From Octopus sinensis (Eukaryota): a stretch of DNA of 64,000 nucleotides. The DNA is taken from positions 11,469,360 through 11,533,359 of the forward strand of contig NC_043019.1 in assembly GCF_006345805.1 (NCBI RefSeq), given 5' to 3'. Shown one piece after another: positions 1 to 13,059 of the stretch (the stretch's first letter is position 1; every line of letters begins with the position of its first letter). The notes beneath the pieces were generated by a model. That model was not told the origin of the DNA, did no database searches, and saw nothing but the letters and a program-made list of their open reading frames with translations. The translations under genes were made by a program, and so were the position numbers.

Positions 1-470
1 CAACTGCGAGTCCACTGCTCTAACCACTAGGCCATGTGCCTCCACTTGTTGTTGTAGTAGTAGTAGTAGTTTCTAATTTAGGCACAAAACTAGTTTTGAT
101 GAGAGGTGATTTGTCAATGCATTAACTTCAGTACATAACTGGTAAACTTTATTTTAATTTGTCTGAATGGATCAAGGACAAAGTTAACCTTGGCAGGATT
201 TGAATTCAGAATATAAAGACCCAGAAGAAATACTGTTTGTAAGTTAATAGCAATGGTGTTCCTCCTTGAATAATAAAGTACAAATTAAACAGGCACAGGA
301 GTGGCTGTGTGGTAAGTGGCTTGCTAACCAACCACATGGTTCCGGGTTCAGTCCCACTGCGTGGCATCTTGGGCAAGTGTCTTCTGCTATAGCCCCGGGC
401 CGACCAATGCCTTGTGAGTGGATTTGGTAGACGGAAACTGAAAGAAGCCTGTCGTATATATGTATATATA
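1..470. repeat. Near-identical duplicate of 2238-2707
   Basis: Offset of 2237 bp; includes non-SINE sequence; I saw only two substitutions. Confidence 0.9.
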
Positions 471-891
471 TATTATATATATATATATATATCACGTGAT
501 CACGTGACTGACCAGACCATCAGATGTTGCTACACATCGCTGGTCACAATGCGTTCGCATTGTTTTAGCCTTCAAACGACGCCACCCCGCTGGCTAAGAG
601 AGCAGGCCAATATATATATATATATATATATATACCTTGCTCACACTATTAACCAATGCAAAAGTTCCACCGTTGCTATTCTACACACCATCACAAAGTT
701 TTGTTATCACCAAATTGATAACAAAGAGCAAGACAATAATTACAGTTTTATAGCAACGACTCGACTCGTGGAATAATCTAGAACATTAGTGGTTCCGCCG
801 TGAACGGTGTACAAAGGCCACGGGTAGCAGGTATGTAGGGTGGAGTGACTTGTTGAAGGTCTTTGCCACAAATACCAAAAACAGCAGGGGA

Positions 892-926
<35 letters not shown>

Positions 927-997
927 ATAATAATAATAATAACAATAATAATAATAATAATGATAATAATAGTAATAATAATAATATAATAATAATA

Positions 998-1033
<36 letters not shown>

Positions 1034-2693
1034 TAATAATAGTAATAATAATAATCCTTTCTACTAAAGGCACAAACCCTGAAATGTTTGGGGAGGGGTT
1101 AAATCATTTACGTTGAACCTGGTACTCAAATGGTACATAATCTGTCAACCCTGAAAGGATGAAAGGCAGAAATTTGAACTCAAAATAAAAGACACATGAA
1201 ATGAAGCATTTTGTCCAGTGTACTAACAATTCTGCCAACTCACTGCCTTGATAATGATGATGACGATAATAATAATAATAATAATAATATAATAATAATA
1301 AATAATAATAATAATAATCTGCAAGAAGTGCAAAAGATTGTCTTAACTGGTACATCACACGTATTGAGAAGAGCATTGTCGATGTGAGAACTGTTGCTGC
1401 TCATGTATTTTAATTTAACTTTAAAAAAAAAAAAAAAAAATGAACGAACTACTGAGTTTGGTTTAATGGCCTACCAATATATACTATGAGTTTCTTTGCC
1501 CTAGGAGTCGGGAAGACACTCGGCAAGAAATGGAAGCAAATTTGAAAGAAGAAAAAAAAAGTAATAATAATAATAATAATAGGCGTACGAGTGGCTGTGT
1601 GGTAAGTAGCTTGTTTACCAGCCACATGGTTCTGGGTTCAGTCCCACTGCATGGCACCTTGGGCACGTGTCTTCTACTATAGCCTCGGGCCGACCAAAGC
1701 CTTGTGAGTGGATTTGGTAGACGGAAACTGAAAGAAGCCCGTCGTATATATGTATATATGTGTGTCTGTGTTCGTCCCCGTAGCATTGCTTGACAACCGA
1801 TGCTGGTGTGTTTATGTCCCTGTCACTTAGCGGTTCGGCAAAAGAGACCAATAGAATAAGTACTGGGCTTACAAAAGAATAAGTCCCGGGGTCGAGTTGC
1901 TCGATTAAAGGCGGTGCTCCAGCATGGCCGCAGTCAAATGACTGAAACAAGTAAAAAAAAATAATAATAATTAATACCACAACCACTTGTTGTAGTAGTT
2001 GTTATTTGTTCCTTCTTGAGCCACACCTGGCTCATTAGGCTCGGTTGCCTTGGTGTATAGGTTCCCCACCTGGACAGGAAGCCAGTCCGTCGCAGGTGAG
2101 CTGCAAGATGCAGGAGGAAAGAGTGAGAGAAAGTTGTGGCAAAAGAATCAGCAGAAGTTCGCCATTACCTTCTGCCAGAGTAGTGTGGGGCATAAACACA
2201 CACATTGCCCAGTCTGAGATTCGAACCAGCGATCCCTCAACTGCGAGTCCGCTGCTCTAACCACTAGGCCATGTGCCTCCACTTGTTGTTGTAGTAGTAG
2301 TAGTAGTTTCTAATTTAGGCACAAAACTAGTTTTGATGAGAGGTGATTTGTCAATGCATTAACTTCAGTACATAACTGGTAAACTTTATTTTAATTTGTC
2401 TGAATGGATCAAGGACAAAGTTAACCTTGGCAGGATTTGAATTCAGAATATAAAGACCCAGAAGAAATACTGTTTGTAAGTTAATAGCAATGGTGTTCCT
2501 CCTTGAATAATAAAGTACAAATTAAACAGGCACAGGAGTGGCTGTGTGGTAAGTGGCTTGCTAACCAACCACATGGTTCCGGGTTCAGTCCCACTGCGTG
2601 GCATCTTGGGCAAGTGTCTTCTGCTATAGCCCCGGGCCGACCAATGCCTTGTGAGTGGATTTGGTAGACGGAAACTGAAAGAAGCCCGTCGTA

Positions 2694-2736
<43 letters not shown>

Positions 2737-4835
2737 ATGTGTCTGTGTTTGCCCCCCTAGCATTGCTTGACAACCGATGCTGGTGTGTTTACGTCCCCGT
2801 CACTTAGCGGTTCGGCAAAATAGACCGATAGAATAAGTACTGGGCTTACAAAGAATAAGTCGCGGGGTCGATTTGCTCGACTAAAGGCGGTGCTCCAGCA
2901 TGGCCACAGTCAAATGACTGAAACAAGTAAAAGAGGTCAATGTTTTGTTATGACTTCCCTAAATTGCTTGTCCTTACATTTATATTATTTTATTGCTCAA
3001 CCTTGAGCAGCTAGACATAGCAACCAAATCTCTCACGAATCAAATACCACTGTCACAGATAAGGAAAGGACATTAGATCATACAGTTGTACATACCCCAG
3101 GTTATTATTGGAATGACTGGTTGTAGGTAGGTCTACTGGATCAAAATCTGACCTGGGGCTAAACAACAGCAACAGCTGTTTGATTTCATGAGCCAATGAT
3201 GGAACTTCCAGTGGTTGTTCGACCTGCAAGAAATAGCAGCCAAATCTCCCTCAAATCATACACACATGTTTAAAAAGAAATAGCTGGGGTGGTTATGGCT
3301 GGAATGTATTTGATTGGAGGTCCACTTGATCAGGCCTAACCTAGGGCTTAACAACTTCTTGAGCCAGTGACACGGACATCCACAGTAAGGCTCACTTAAA
3401 AATAGCAGCCAAAATTCCCTCAAATCATAAACCCATGCCTTAAAAAGAAGGGAAAAAAAGAGAAAAGATGAGGTGGTCATGGCTTGATTGCCATGACCAT
3501 TTTTGATTGTAGGTTAGGTGGATCAGAACTGACCTTGGGCCAAGCGACAAATATTTGATTCATGGGCTAAACAAAAAGCGTTTTTTTTTTGTGGGGTGGG
3601 TTTCCTTCTTTAATGGTTTAGTCTTAAAGAAGAATAAGCAGAGCCCAAGGGTCCTTTTTTAGTGGCCGTGACTGAGATGAGTGGGGGAGAAAAGGGAGAG
3701 GAAGTTGTCCACAGATCAGAGACTTGACCTAAATGCATGCAACAGTGCTGCAGACCTTGCTAAAAGCACATTCCAACCCAGTTGGTGGCATTAAATAGAG
3801 AGACGCAGATCTTATAAACACTCAAGTCGTTATTTAAAGTTTGGCCTTGTCACAGAAGTTAACTTGGATTGGGCTAGGAGTGATGTAGGGGTGGATGATG
3901 AGGTGTTGCATAGTTTCCATACCAGATATCATGGTTTTGGTCATTGACATTTCAACATTTCAATCATTCCTAATGAAGAAGGTGGGCCCAGGAGGTGGGT
4001 AACAAGGATGGGGCTGTTCAAATATTTACAACACTTCCATCGTTGCTATGGTTAATATCCTTGTCTTATTTATCTGTATCGAACTTGACACCACATTTTT
4101 CTTCTAACGCAAAAGGTCATATTCTAGGAGAGCAACAGGCTGAGAGAATAAATATTGATATTATCTTCATAAGGCACAAGGGCCATTTCTCTAGCATGGG
4201 AGGTGGTGCAGCCTTGTTGATTATTTTAACTGCATTACATCTGGTTAGTCTCCATCACTTGACAATGAGGATTCAGTTGTTTGAGCCACTGAATTATCTG
4301 CCCTTGAATTGACACTTAAATTGTTGAATATTCTACAGACATTCTTAACCCTTTAGCATTCAGATGTGGCCGTTGCCAGCGCCGCCCTGACTGGTCCCCT
4401 GCCGGTGGCACGTAAAAGCACCGTCAGTTCGTGTTCGTTGCCAGCCTCGCCTGGCCCCCGTGCCGGTGGCACGTAAAAGCACCATCCGTTCGTGGCCATT
4501 TGCCAGCTCCGTCTGGCACCTGTGCGGGTGGCACGTAAAAAGCACCCACTACACTCGTGGAGTGGTTGGCGTTAGGAAGGGCATCCAGCCGTAGAAACAC
4601 TGCCAGATCAGACTGGGCCTGATGCAGCCTTCTGGCTTCACAGACCCCAGTTGAACCATCCAACCCATGCTAGCATGGAAAGCGGACGCTAAATGATGAT
4701 GATGATGATGATGATTACTCTGTCAAATGCAATGCTTCTTCATTCACTTTGTTTTAAATTAATCAGGCATTATCTGAAAGCTTCAAGATTATGATGATGT
4801 GATTATTTATTTTTAGAATAACACTGTAGGGTCAA

Positions 4836-5226
4836 TCTCTATATATATATATATATACAACTGAATTTGTCTGTGTATGGCAGGTTTGGTAGGCTTCAAC
4901 TAACACTATCTCCTCCGAGACCCTGCGGTGCAAGTTGACCAAAATTGAGAGTATGATAGAAGAAGGCTTGCTCTTCCATCCGTAGAAGAAAAAATTCAAA
5001 TCGTACCATGTTAACACCAAAAATTATTTACATCAAAAAGATGCTTTTTTTTTTTCTATGAAAATCCCTATTTTTTACGATTTTTTACTGCTGTGTCACC
5101 ATTTTTCGGTGTATTTCAACCAGAAAAATGTTCACTTAAAGAGAATAACAATCTACATAATGCAAAATTTTTACTTTTCAAAAATATCAATTCTAAAGGG
5201 TCGAAACAAACTAGTGATACTGCTAG
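4836..5226 (+). mobile_element. Non-autonomous Helitron-like element
   Basis: A|TCTCTATATAT...gatactgCTAG|T; near-identical to 47525-47915. Confidence 0.65.
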
Positions 5227-5275
5227 TTTGAACATAAAACAGGTAAAATATTTGGGTCAGATATGGCTGGTTTAA

Positions 5276-5492
5276 CACTTTAGCATTTAAACTGGCCATA
5301 TTCTACTGGTCAAAATATTCCACTTGTTTAATGTTCGAACTGGTCATATCTGACTTCTCACACCTACCCTACAATGTTATTCTAAAAATAAACAATCACA
5401 TCATGGAAAGCTACAAGACAATGCATGATTAATTCAAAACATTGTGAATAAATAAGCATTTCGTTTGACAGAGTAATCCGTATGCTAAAGGG
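5276..5492. mobile_element. piggyBac-type MITE
   Basis: TTAA|c(a/c)ctttagcat...atgctaaaggg|TTAA. Other copies at about 4349-5275 (interrupted), 8090-8363 and 25740-25968. Confidence 0.75.
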
Positions 5493-6506
5493 TTAATTTA
5501 AACCTTTCCATCAAAATTTCATGTTTACTAAACTCTTCATTATTTAAAAAATTAATTTAAACAAAGACAGCATGTTTCAACAGAAGTATGGTAAAAAAAA
5601 AAAAGGGGGGTTAAAGTGTGCTAAATTAAAAGCTCCCATCAAAATTTCAAGTTAATTTTATTTTACAAACACCAGGTTAACGATGACAAAGTTATTTTTC
5701 TAAATTCTTCGCTATTTTTAAAACTGATTGAAACAAAGGCAATGTACTTCAACAGAAATACAGTTACAAAAGGGTTAATTTTAATCCTAAAACCAGAATA
5801 GGATTATTGTTGTAGAGCAGGGGTTCCCAAACTTTATCGGGCTGCTGCCCCCCTTGGCTCTTGGGCCACATTCCTAGCACCCCTCCACCCAACTCCCCAC
5901 CAAATGTAGACCACTTTCTACAGCAAATTCAAAACAGTATTTCAAATAAAATATAATCTAATTAACCCAGTATTTCATTGTCCCCTTTTGGTCACTCCTT
6001 TAACACGCCCTAGATCTTTCTACAGTCCCCAGAGGGGCAGTAATGACCATTTTGGGAACCACTGCAGTAGGGGAACAACATAGCTACTTACATTATAGAA
6101 GAGTGGATGGGAGCAGCTGAGGTGAAACTGGAAAGAGATCTGTAATAATAGTGATGGGAGATCAAGGTGGACCCTAAAAATATAAGGTGAATAGAACTGA
6201 GTGGGGACATGAGAACAGAGTGTGCAGGTGGGTAAAAGTCGCAAGAATGTATGGTGAAGTGAAAGATTGTTTGAGATGGCAAATATAATTAAATGGAGAA
6301 TAAATGTTGAGGGATGATACGCAGGGGAGAGTAGGTGACAACTGTAAAGACTGGGAAGGTAAAGGGATTGGTGGACAAGGGATAGGCAGTGACCTATGAT
6401 ACACATGGTAATGAAACAGTAGACAGGGAAAGGATGAGAGATAATGAGAGAAATGACACGAAGTTGGGTAGGTTGGTAGGTTGTAAGAGTGTGGCAGGGA
6501 GAGGAG

Positions 6507-6545
<39 letters not shown>

Positions 6546-6790
6546 CATATATATGTGGGGAGAGAGAAACAAACAATGAGATTGTGAAACCAAAATAAAG
6601 TAGTTTTATTTATCAACATTATCATGAAATCAGCAACATTATCTTGTCTGCATTAACAACATTATCACTCAGATATCAGCAATATTGTATGTTAATCACT
6701 AATGATATTTACAATATTTGTTTTTGTAAATATTTACAGGTGGTAATAATAATAATAATAATAATAATGATAATAATAATAATAATAATG

Positions 6791-6843
<53 letters not shown>

Positions 6844-8987
6844 AATTAAAGAAGCACACAGCCTCGGATTAATTTACAGAGACCAGGGAGAGAAAGGAAT
6901 ATGTGATGTTCATTCCTTTCTGAAGGATATTTACAATATGTTATTCTTTTAACAGTTTCAACCATTGAATTTTTGGTCATGTTGGGGTACTGCGCCGCTA
7001 GTATATAGTCAATTAACTCACCCACTATCTGTGACTAGAGATATGCATGCATTTAACTGACCTCAAAGCAGGGTTACAAGGAGTTTATCTCAAGGGTACA
7101 CCACACCAGAGTTTAGTCTGTACACCACCACCTCATACAAACTACTATAACTCTCAACATGATCCCTCCATATGTTGTTTACAATAGTGACATATTCTTA
7201 TGGAAGTTGTAGAGCTGAAAACGAGGTAATTTCTACTCTTCTCCTCGGGAAGCCATCTGCTCACAATACCAGAGGGCGCACACTCTCCTACCCTGATGAA
7301 ATATCCAGGGATACAGGCAACCAGCAACAGGACCTCCGTAATGCTATGATGGACCGTGAAGTCTGGTGTAGCATGGTAAATTCCATTGTCTCGACCACGG
7401 TCGAACAATGATGATGATGGAAGCTGGCAGATTCTTAATCACACCAGATAAAATCCTTTCAGCATTTCTTCAGCTTTATGTTCCGAGTTCAAACTCCACC
7501 AAAGCCAGCTTTGCCTTTCATCCTCATCATCATTTAACGTCCGCTTTCCACGCTAGCATGGGTTGGATGGTTTGACTGAGGACTGGCGAACCAGATGACT
7601 GCACCAGGCTCCAATCCGATCTGGCAGAGTTTCTACAGCTGGATGCCCTTCCTAACGCCAACCACTCAGAGTGTAGTGGGTGCTTTTACATGCCACCGGC
7701 ACGAGGGTCAGTCTGGTGGTACTGGCAGTGGCCACGCTTGAAATGGTGTTTTTCACGTGCTACCTGCACGAAATACTTAGCAGCATTTCATCCGTCTTCA
7801 CATTCTGTTGCCAAGGTCAACTTTGTCCATCCTTTTGGAATCAATAAAAAGAGCAACAGTCAAAGCACTGGGGTCAATGTACTCAACTTACCCCACCCCT
7901 GAACTTGCTGACCCTGGGCCAAAATTTGCAATCATTATTATTACTAAGGCAGTGAGATGGTAGAATTGTTACTGTTCCAGAAAATTTGCTTAGTGATTTG
8001 TCTTCTGGTCTCACATTCTGAGTTCAAATTCCACCAAGGCTGACTTTACTTTTCATTCTTTCGGGGTCAATAAAATGAACACTGGGGTCAGTTTGAACAT
8101 AAAACAGGTAGAATATCTGGGCCTGATATGGCCTGTTTAAGTGCTAAAGGGTTAAACTGGCCATATCTGGCCAAAATATTCTACCTGTTTTATATTCAAA
8201 CTGGCCATATCTGGCCGCTCACACTTACCCTACAATGTCATTCTACAAATAAACACTCATATCATTGAAATCTCAAAGCTACAAGAAAATGCATAATTAA
8301 TCCAAAACAATATGACTAAATGAGCATTACATTTGACAGAGTAACCTAAATGCTGAAAGGTTAATAGACATCAAGCTTTAGCCCTTCATGTTCTGGGTTC
8401 AAATCCTACTTTCTCCCTCTCTCCCTGCTTCTTCTACAAAATTGTGGTCTTGAGACAATTTATAGTAAATTGTAGCACATCAGTTTGGAAAGCAAGAGAG
8501 AGTTGGTTATTATTCTTCAGACTGTCCTTTTCCCAGCCCATTGCACTAAAGATTTCGCTTAATCATCTGCCTACTTTCCACAGAGGTGCTACCCTCGGGA
8601 ATTGTAGAACTGAGGGAGGAAATCTCTCAGTTAAAGTAAGTTCTGTTTAGGTGTCTTATCCCCGCTCCTCCTCCTCCTCTAGTATTTATTGTTACCTCCT
8701 GGAAACTGCTTTTCCTCCTCCTCCCCCTCCCCCCGCTCCACAGACATCCATCCCATAGATGGCCATTGTGAGCACTAGGCCTGTAACAGGGAATACCAGC
8801 CCTTGCTCCTTTGGATGACCTAGCAAAGAAAGAAAGAAAGAAAAAGAAAGAGAAAAAGACAGAGAAAGAAAAAGGAAAGAAAGGAAAGAGAGAAAGGAAA
8901 AAGAAAAGTAGGAAGATGTCCTACTTTGATTGCAATTTGTAATTGAAGCTAACCTACATTTTACTAATATTGAGAAAGGCATGTGCA

Positions 8988-9024
<37 letters not shown>

Positions 9025-9393
9025 GCACACACACAAACACATCTATCTATATATATATATATATTATATACACACACACACACGCATCTAAACAAAACAC
9101 TAAAAAAAAATTTGGTATATTTTTAAACATATACCAAATTTTTCCAGTCCCTTATTTTGATATGTAATTCCACTGCAAACAGAAGTTACCAGAAATTTAA
9201 AATGATATATATATATATATATAAATATAAGAAGGACTTTTTTCAACCACTATGTGGAAACCCTTATGCTAGAAGAAGATCTGCTATGGTCTTAAACACT
9301 AAGAATTGTTCTCCAGAAAAATTTAGCACACCAGAAACGGTGTTAAAATTGATGTTATCAAATTAATATCCAATTTTTTCACCCTCATTTTGA

Positions 9394-9425
<32 letters not shown>

Positions 9426-9426
<1 letters not shown>

Positions 9427-9822
9427 CTTTATATATAAAAGAGAGGTTGTGTGCTGTCTGTCTCCTACGATTTAGATTCCTAACTACTCCCACATTTTGT
9501 GGTGCAGTTAAACCAAAACCGGGTATCTTACAGTCGTGATTCATATCGAGCCCTTCTGGGTATTAGCGCGCGTCTACGATGAGTCTACGATTTAAAAAAT
9601 AATTTACCATCAATTTTTCCCATTTTTAATGCATTTTCGGCATATATAAGGGAAGTAACTCTCTAAAAATTTATTATTAGATCTCAGAACGTAAAAAGCT
9701 ACAGTAACCCCCCTCCCTTTGTGGTTAGCCATATTGAGATGGCTATTATACTTTACATCTCTAAAAATGCTTATATAGTTATTTCCCTTACAAACCCGAG
9801 CAACGCCGGGCGATACCGCTAG
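9426..9822 (+). mobile_element. Non-autonomous Helitron-like element
   Basis: A|TCTTTATATATAAAA start; ...gagcaacgccgggcgataccgCTAG|T end (GC-rich subterminal motif plus CTAG); no TSD. Confidence 0.7.
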
Positions 9823-10113
9823 TATATATAATTCAAAATAAAACATCTATATGCATAAACATGTTTTCTGTGAACATGCAATTGTACTTCACAAGGTCAC
9901 AGTCTGGATTATAACCCCTTATATAGAACACACACACATTGATATGTATACATATATAGATATACATTCACACACTCATACGTTTGTCATCGCATAAAGT
10001 CATTCACCTGTGTCTATAAATCAATGGACCATGTGTGTATAAGAAAAAGCAAAGAATAAAAACAAAAAAAAAATTTTTTAAAAGAGGAAGAAAAGAAACC
10101 TTTTTTTTTGCTG

Positions 10114-10119
10114 TTTATT
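10114..10119 (-). terminator. Candidate polyadenylation signal of WASH1
   Basis: AATAAA on the minus strand about 155 nt after the TGA at 10272, followed by A/T- and GT-rich sequence. Confidence 0.45.
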
Positions 10120-10271
10120 AAAGGGATTGATGTGTGTTATTTTTTTTCTCATTCATGTTAATGTGGCTGATATTGCTGTCATTGATAAACAAAGGATATC
10201 ACATGTTCGTTTGAATTTAATTTAAAAATCTGGAGAGAATTTCGAGGGACTTAAAATTAAATAGGGATTTC

Positions 10272-11040
10272 TCAGTCAAAATCACTGTCAGAGTCGTCCT
10301 CGTCATCTTCGGCTATCTTAGGAATCGGCGGTGGAATCATGGCCGATATCTTGTCCATGACATTCCCTCCGTTGGTCGACGGTGGCTCCTTTTCTTGCTG
10401 GCGGCGGGCTTGCTGGTGTTTCCAGAGATGCCCCGCCGTCGCATGCACAGCTTCTTCATCAGGTCCCCCATCAGGTCTCCGCCCCCGCCACCCCCACCCC
10501 CGCCGCCACCGTCGTCAAGGGTGTCCATCTTGTCTTTGCTCTTCTTCCCACTCTTCGACTCCTTGACGTTCTTCAGCTTGGACTTGCCTCCTGCTGCTCT
10601 GATCGACGCCATCAGGTTCGACCGGCTGTCCGTGCTTGCCGGCTTCGCGTCACCGGCGCTGCTTTTCTCAGAAGGCTCATCGGCTTCGGGGCTGGGTTCC
10701 GGAGGCGGGGGTGGCGGAGGAGGTGGCGGTCCTCCGTTGGATACTGCTGGTGGTGGTGGTGGCGGCGGTGGAGGTGGCGGTGGTGACGTTGCGGAAGGCG
10801 GTGGTGGTGGGGGAGGGGGAGGTGGAACCGAGGGGGACGGTGGCATGGGCGATGCCGTGCTGTTGGCGACTGTGGCACGGCCTCCAGCCGCACTTGGAAG
10901 CTCGGTTGTGGACAGCGAAGGCTTGTCAAAGTCAAGGCTATCAGATTCCCCAATGGTGGGCAGGTCAGGCATGCTACTGGGTACGGAGGGAGCAATAGAT
11001 GGGCCCAAATCGGCCATGTAGGAGACATCATCAGCAACAC
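10272..11040 (-). CDS. WASHC1: WASH1 coding exon 3 (proline-rich region, WH2, central, acidic tail); 1-nt frameshift at about 10390-10393
   Basis: Acceptor tctttgtag|GT gives GVADDVSYMADLGPSIAPS. Then poly-Pro, WH2 (SRSNLMASIRAAGGKSKLKNVKE) and central region (DLMGDLMKKLCMRRRGISG). The acidic tail EPPSTNGGNVMDKISAMIPPPIPKIAEDDEDDSDSDFD* (10388-10272) is in another frame. The exons sum to 1499 nt; adding 1 nt gives 499 aa plus stop. Confidence 0.93.
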
Positions 11041-11604
11041 CTACAAAGAGACGAAAAAGAAAATGCTAGGTGAGACATAGTAATACATTTGACTGTATGA
11101 AAGAATCTTAATACACAACCAAAGAATGAAAGGAAGTACATTTCAAAAATATAGGCGCAGGAGTGGTTTACCAACCACAGAGCAATTATTAAAGACTTGA
11201 CCAATGGAAAACCAGGTCAAAGCGACTAAAACAAATGTCTGAATATGCACATAGACAAAGATGATTCTGTTTCTGCTACACATGACTGGTTAGGGTATCT
11301 CAAGAGGAGAATAAAATAAGACACTGAGTCAGCTTTCACTGTCTGTGACTGTTCAGTTGCCTATTGATAATCAGTATCAAATGGGAAGCCTTCCAAACCT
11401 CAGTGAGATACAAAGAGAAACACCAGTGCCATCATATACAGTGCTGAGAGACAATACCTAATATTTATAGCAGGAGTACAGATGAAAAAATTTTCAAACT
11501 AGGAAGAATTCTGTTAAAGGATTAGCAAGAAAGCCAGTTTCAATAATTTTCAAGAACAGGCAGTCCTGTCTATTGTACAGGCACACAATGCAGAGAGTCT
11601 CTTT

Positions 11605-11730
11605 GACAATGTTTGTTCATACTGCAAAGCTTCTAGATGGGCTGCTGAATTGAAATCTCTACATTGCTTTGAAGGGAAGGTAAAACTTGACAAACTGCTT
11701 TCCCCTCCATAGTCGGACTACCTTGATGTT
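11605..11730 (+). pseudogene. Helitron RepHel N-terminal remnant in WASH intron 2
   Basis: DNVCSYCKASRWAAELKSLHCFEGKVKLDKLLSPP* resembles the Helitron CxxCxA...E....CCxxGKVxL...PP motif. Confidence 0.5.
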
Positions 11731-11955
11731 TGTTTAAAAAAGAGAGATTATGACTATGATAAAATAATCAAAGCAATATTTAAGCAAGTGAGCATTATTA
11801 TACAAAGAAATAATTAGATGTAAAAATCATAAAAATTATTAGAATTGGGAATCAAATGTAAAAGTATTATCAAGTGACTAGCAGAAAACCACCCGGAGGG
11901 CAGTCTTTCTGCCAGGACATAATCATGGATGTTGTAAATGGTTTCTAATACTGAC

Positions 11956-12164
11956 CTGGTAAATCAGGTAAGGAAGTTGGGGCAGTAATTTCTGGAACAT
12001 TGCCAATACTGGGGACGTAGAAATAGTTGTCAGCTTCCAATCGTTTAATCTCCTCATTTTTGGCAATACTGCTTGGAGCTTCAGTCAGACCATCCTCCTC
12101 TCCAATATCTTCGCGTGTCTTTGTCACCACACCCAGAGGATCAAGCATCACATATTTCTTGTAA
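11956..12164 (-). CDS. WASHC1: WASH1 coding exon 2
   Basis: Acceptor ccattttgcag|T. Reads (L)[16 protein letters not shown]...[25 protein letters not shown]. Donor G|GTCAGT. 209 nt, phase 2 to 1, fits both neighbours. Confidence 0.96.
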
Positions 12165-12344
12165 CTGCAAAATGGGAGACAGTGAAGGTGTCAATCGATA
12201 CATTTCTATTATAGTTATCATAGTCATTAAAATTAATTATAATTAACCTAGATGTTACAGTTGATATACAAGAGGGTGATGAGAGGTTCCTGGCTTTAAG
12301 GGTATCATGAAAGGTATAGCTGGAGGCCCAATCTGCCAAGTTCT

Positions 12345-12470
12345 TTTACAGGGCTTAGAAAAACCGAAGGACTGCTTCAATAAGTGTGTGAATCTGAGAA
12401 GGGAATATGTTGAATAAAATCATAACTGATCTGCCTGTATTTTCTTTTACCCAAAGCCAGGATCTCTTCG
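12345..12470 (+). mobile_element. Mariner transposase 3' remnant
   Basis: NKCVNLRREYVE* resembles the mariner C-terminus (KCV...GEYVE*). Confidence 0.6.
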
Positions 12471-13059
12471 GCACCCCCTCATAGCCGCAATTAAGGAAAC
12501 GGTCTGCCTCTTTTGTGACTTACAGAGCGAGCAATATGTAGTGGTGACACTGGGTGAGAAAGGAGAACTTGTGTTGGTAAGGTGGGTAGGTAAGGAAAAG
12601 ACGGATCTTTACCTTTTGACAAAGAGATTTTTAAAAATAATTTTTTGTAACTAAACACTTTCAAACTTCAGACACTGGTAGAATGTGTCACATAAAACAT
12701 CTTTTACTCTTAGCATTTTTGAGAAAAACTGTTATGGGCTGAATAGGTCAACAGGAACCAGCAAGCAGAGCTGCATCAAGCTCCAATATCTTCTTTGACA
12801 TGGTTTCTACAGCTGGATGCCCTTCTTAACATTAAGTACTTTATAGAGTGTACTAAGTGTTGTTTAGTTGGCACCAGCACTAGTGAGGTAACCAAGTAAC
12901 TTGCAAGATGAGATTCCCCCCAACAGAAAGAGGGGGATTAATATTGAGGAAGGTGGCTGGGTGCCAGGTGCTGAGAGGACCAGAAACAGGTATCTTGCTG
13001 TAGAGGAGGTATTTGGTTACCACAGTTGGAAACGAGAGAAAATGGCAAAAATGCATCAA

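Noticed and set aside
10388-10397. A-to-I editing as the fix for the WASH frameshift
   Set aside because: Substitution editing cannot change the reading frame.
10337-11017. 226-aa ORF taken as the complete WASH last exon
   Set aside because: It starts at an internal Met, and its last ~18 aa are non-homologous; the conserved tail is in the -1 frame.
10339-11021. Gly-rich plus-strand ORFs
   Set aside because: Antisense shadows of the Pro-rich WASH exon.
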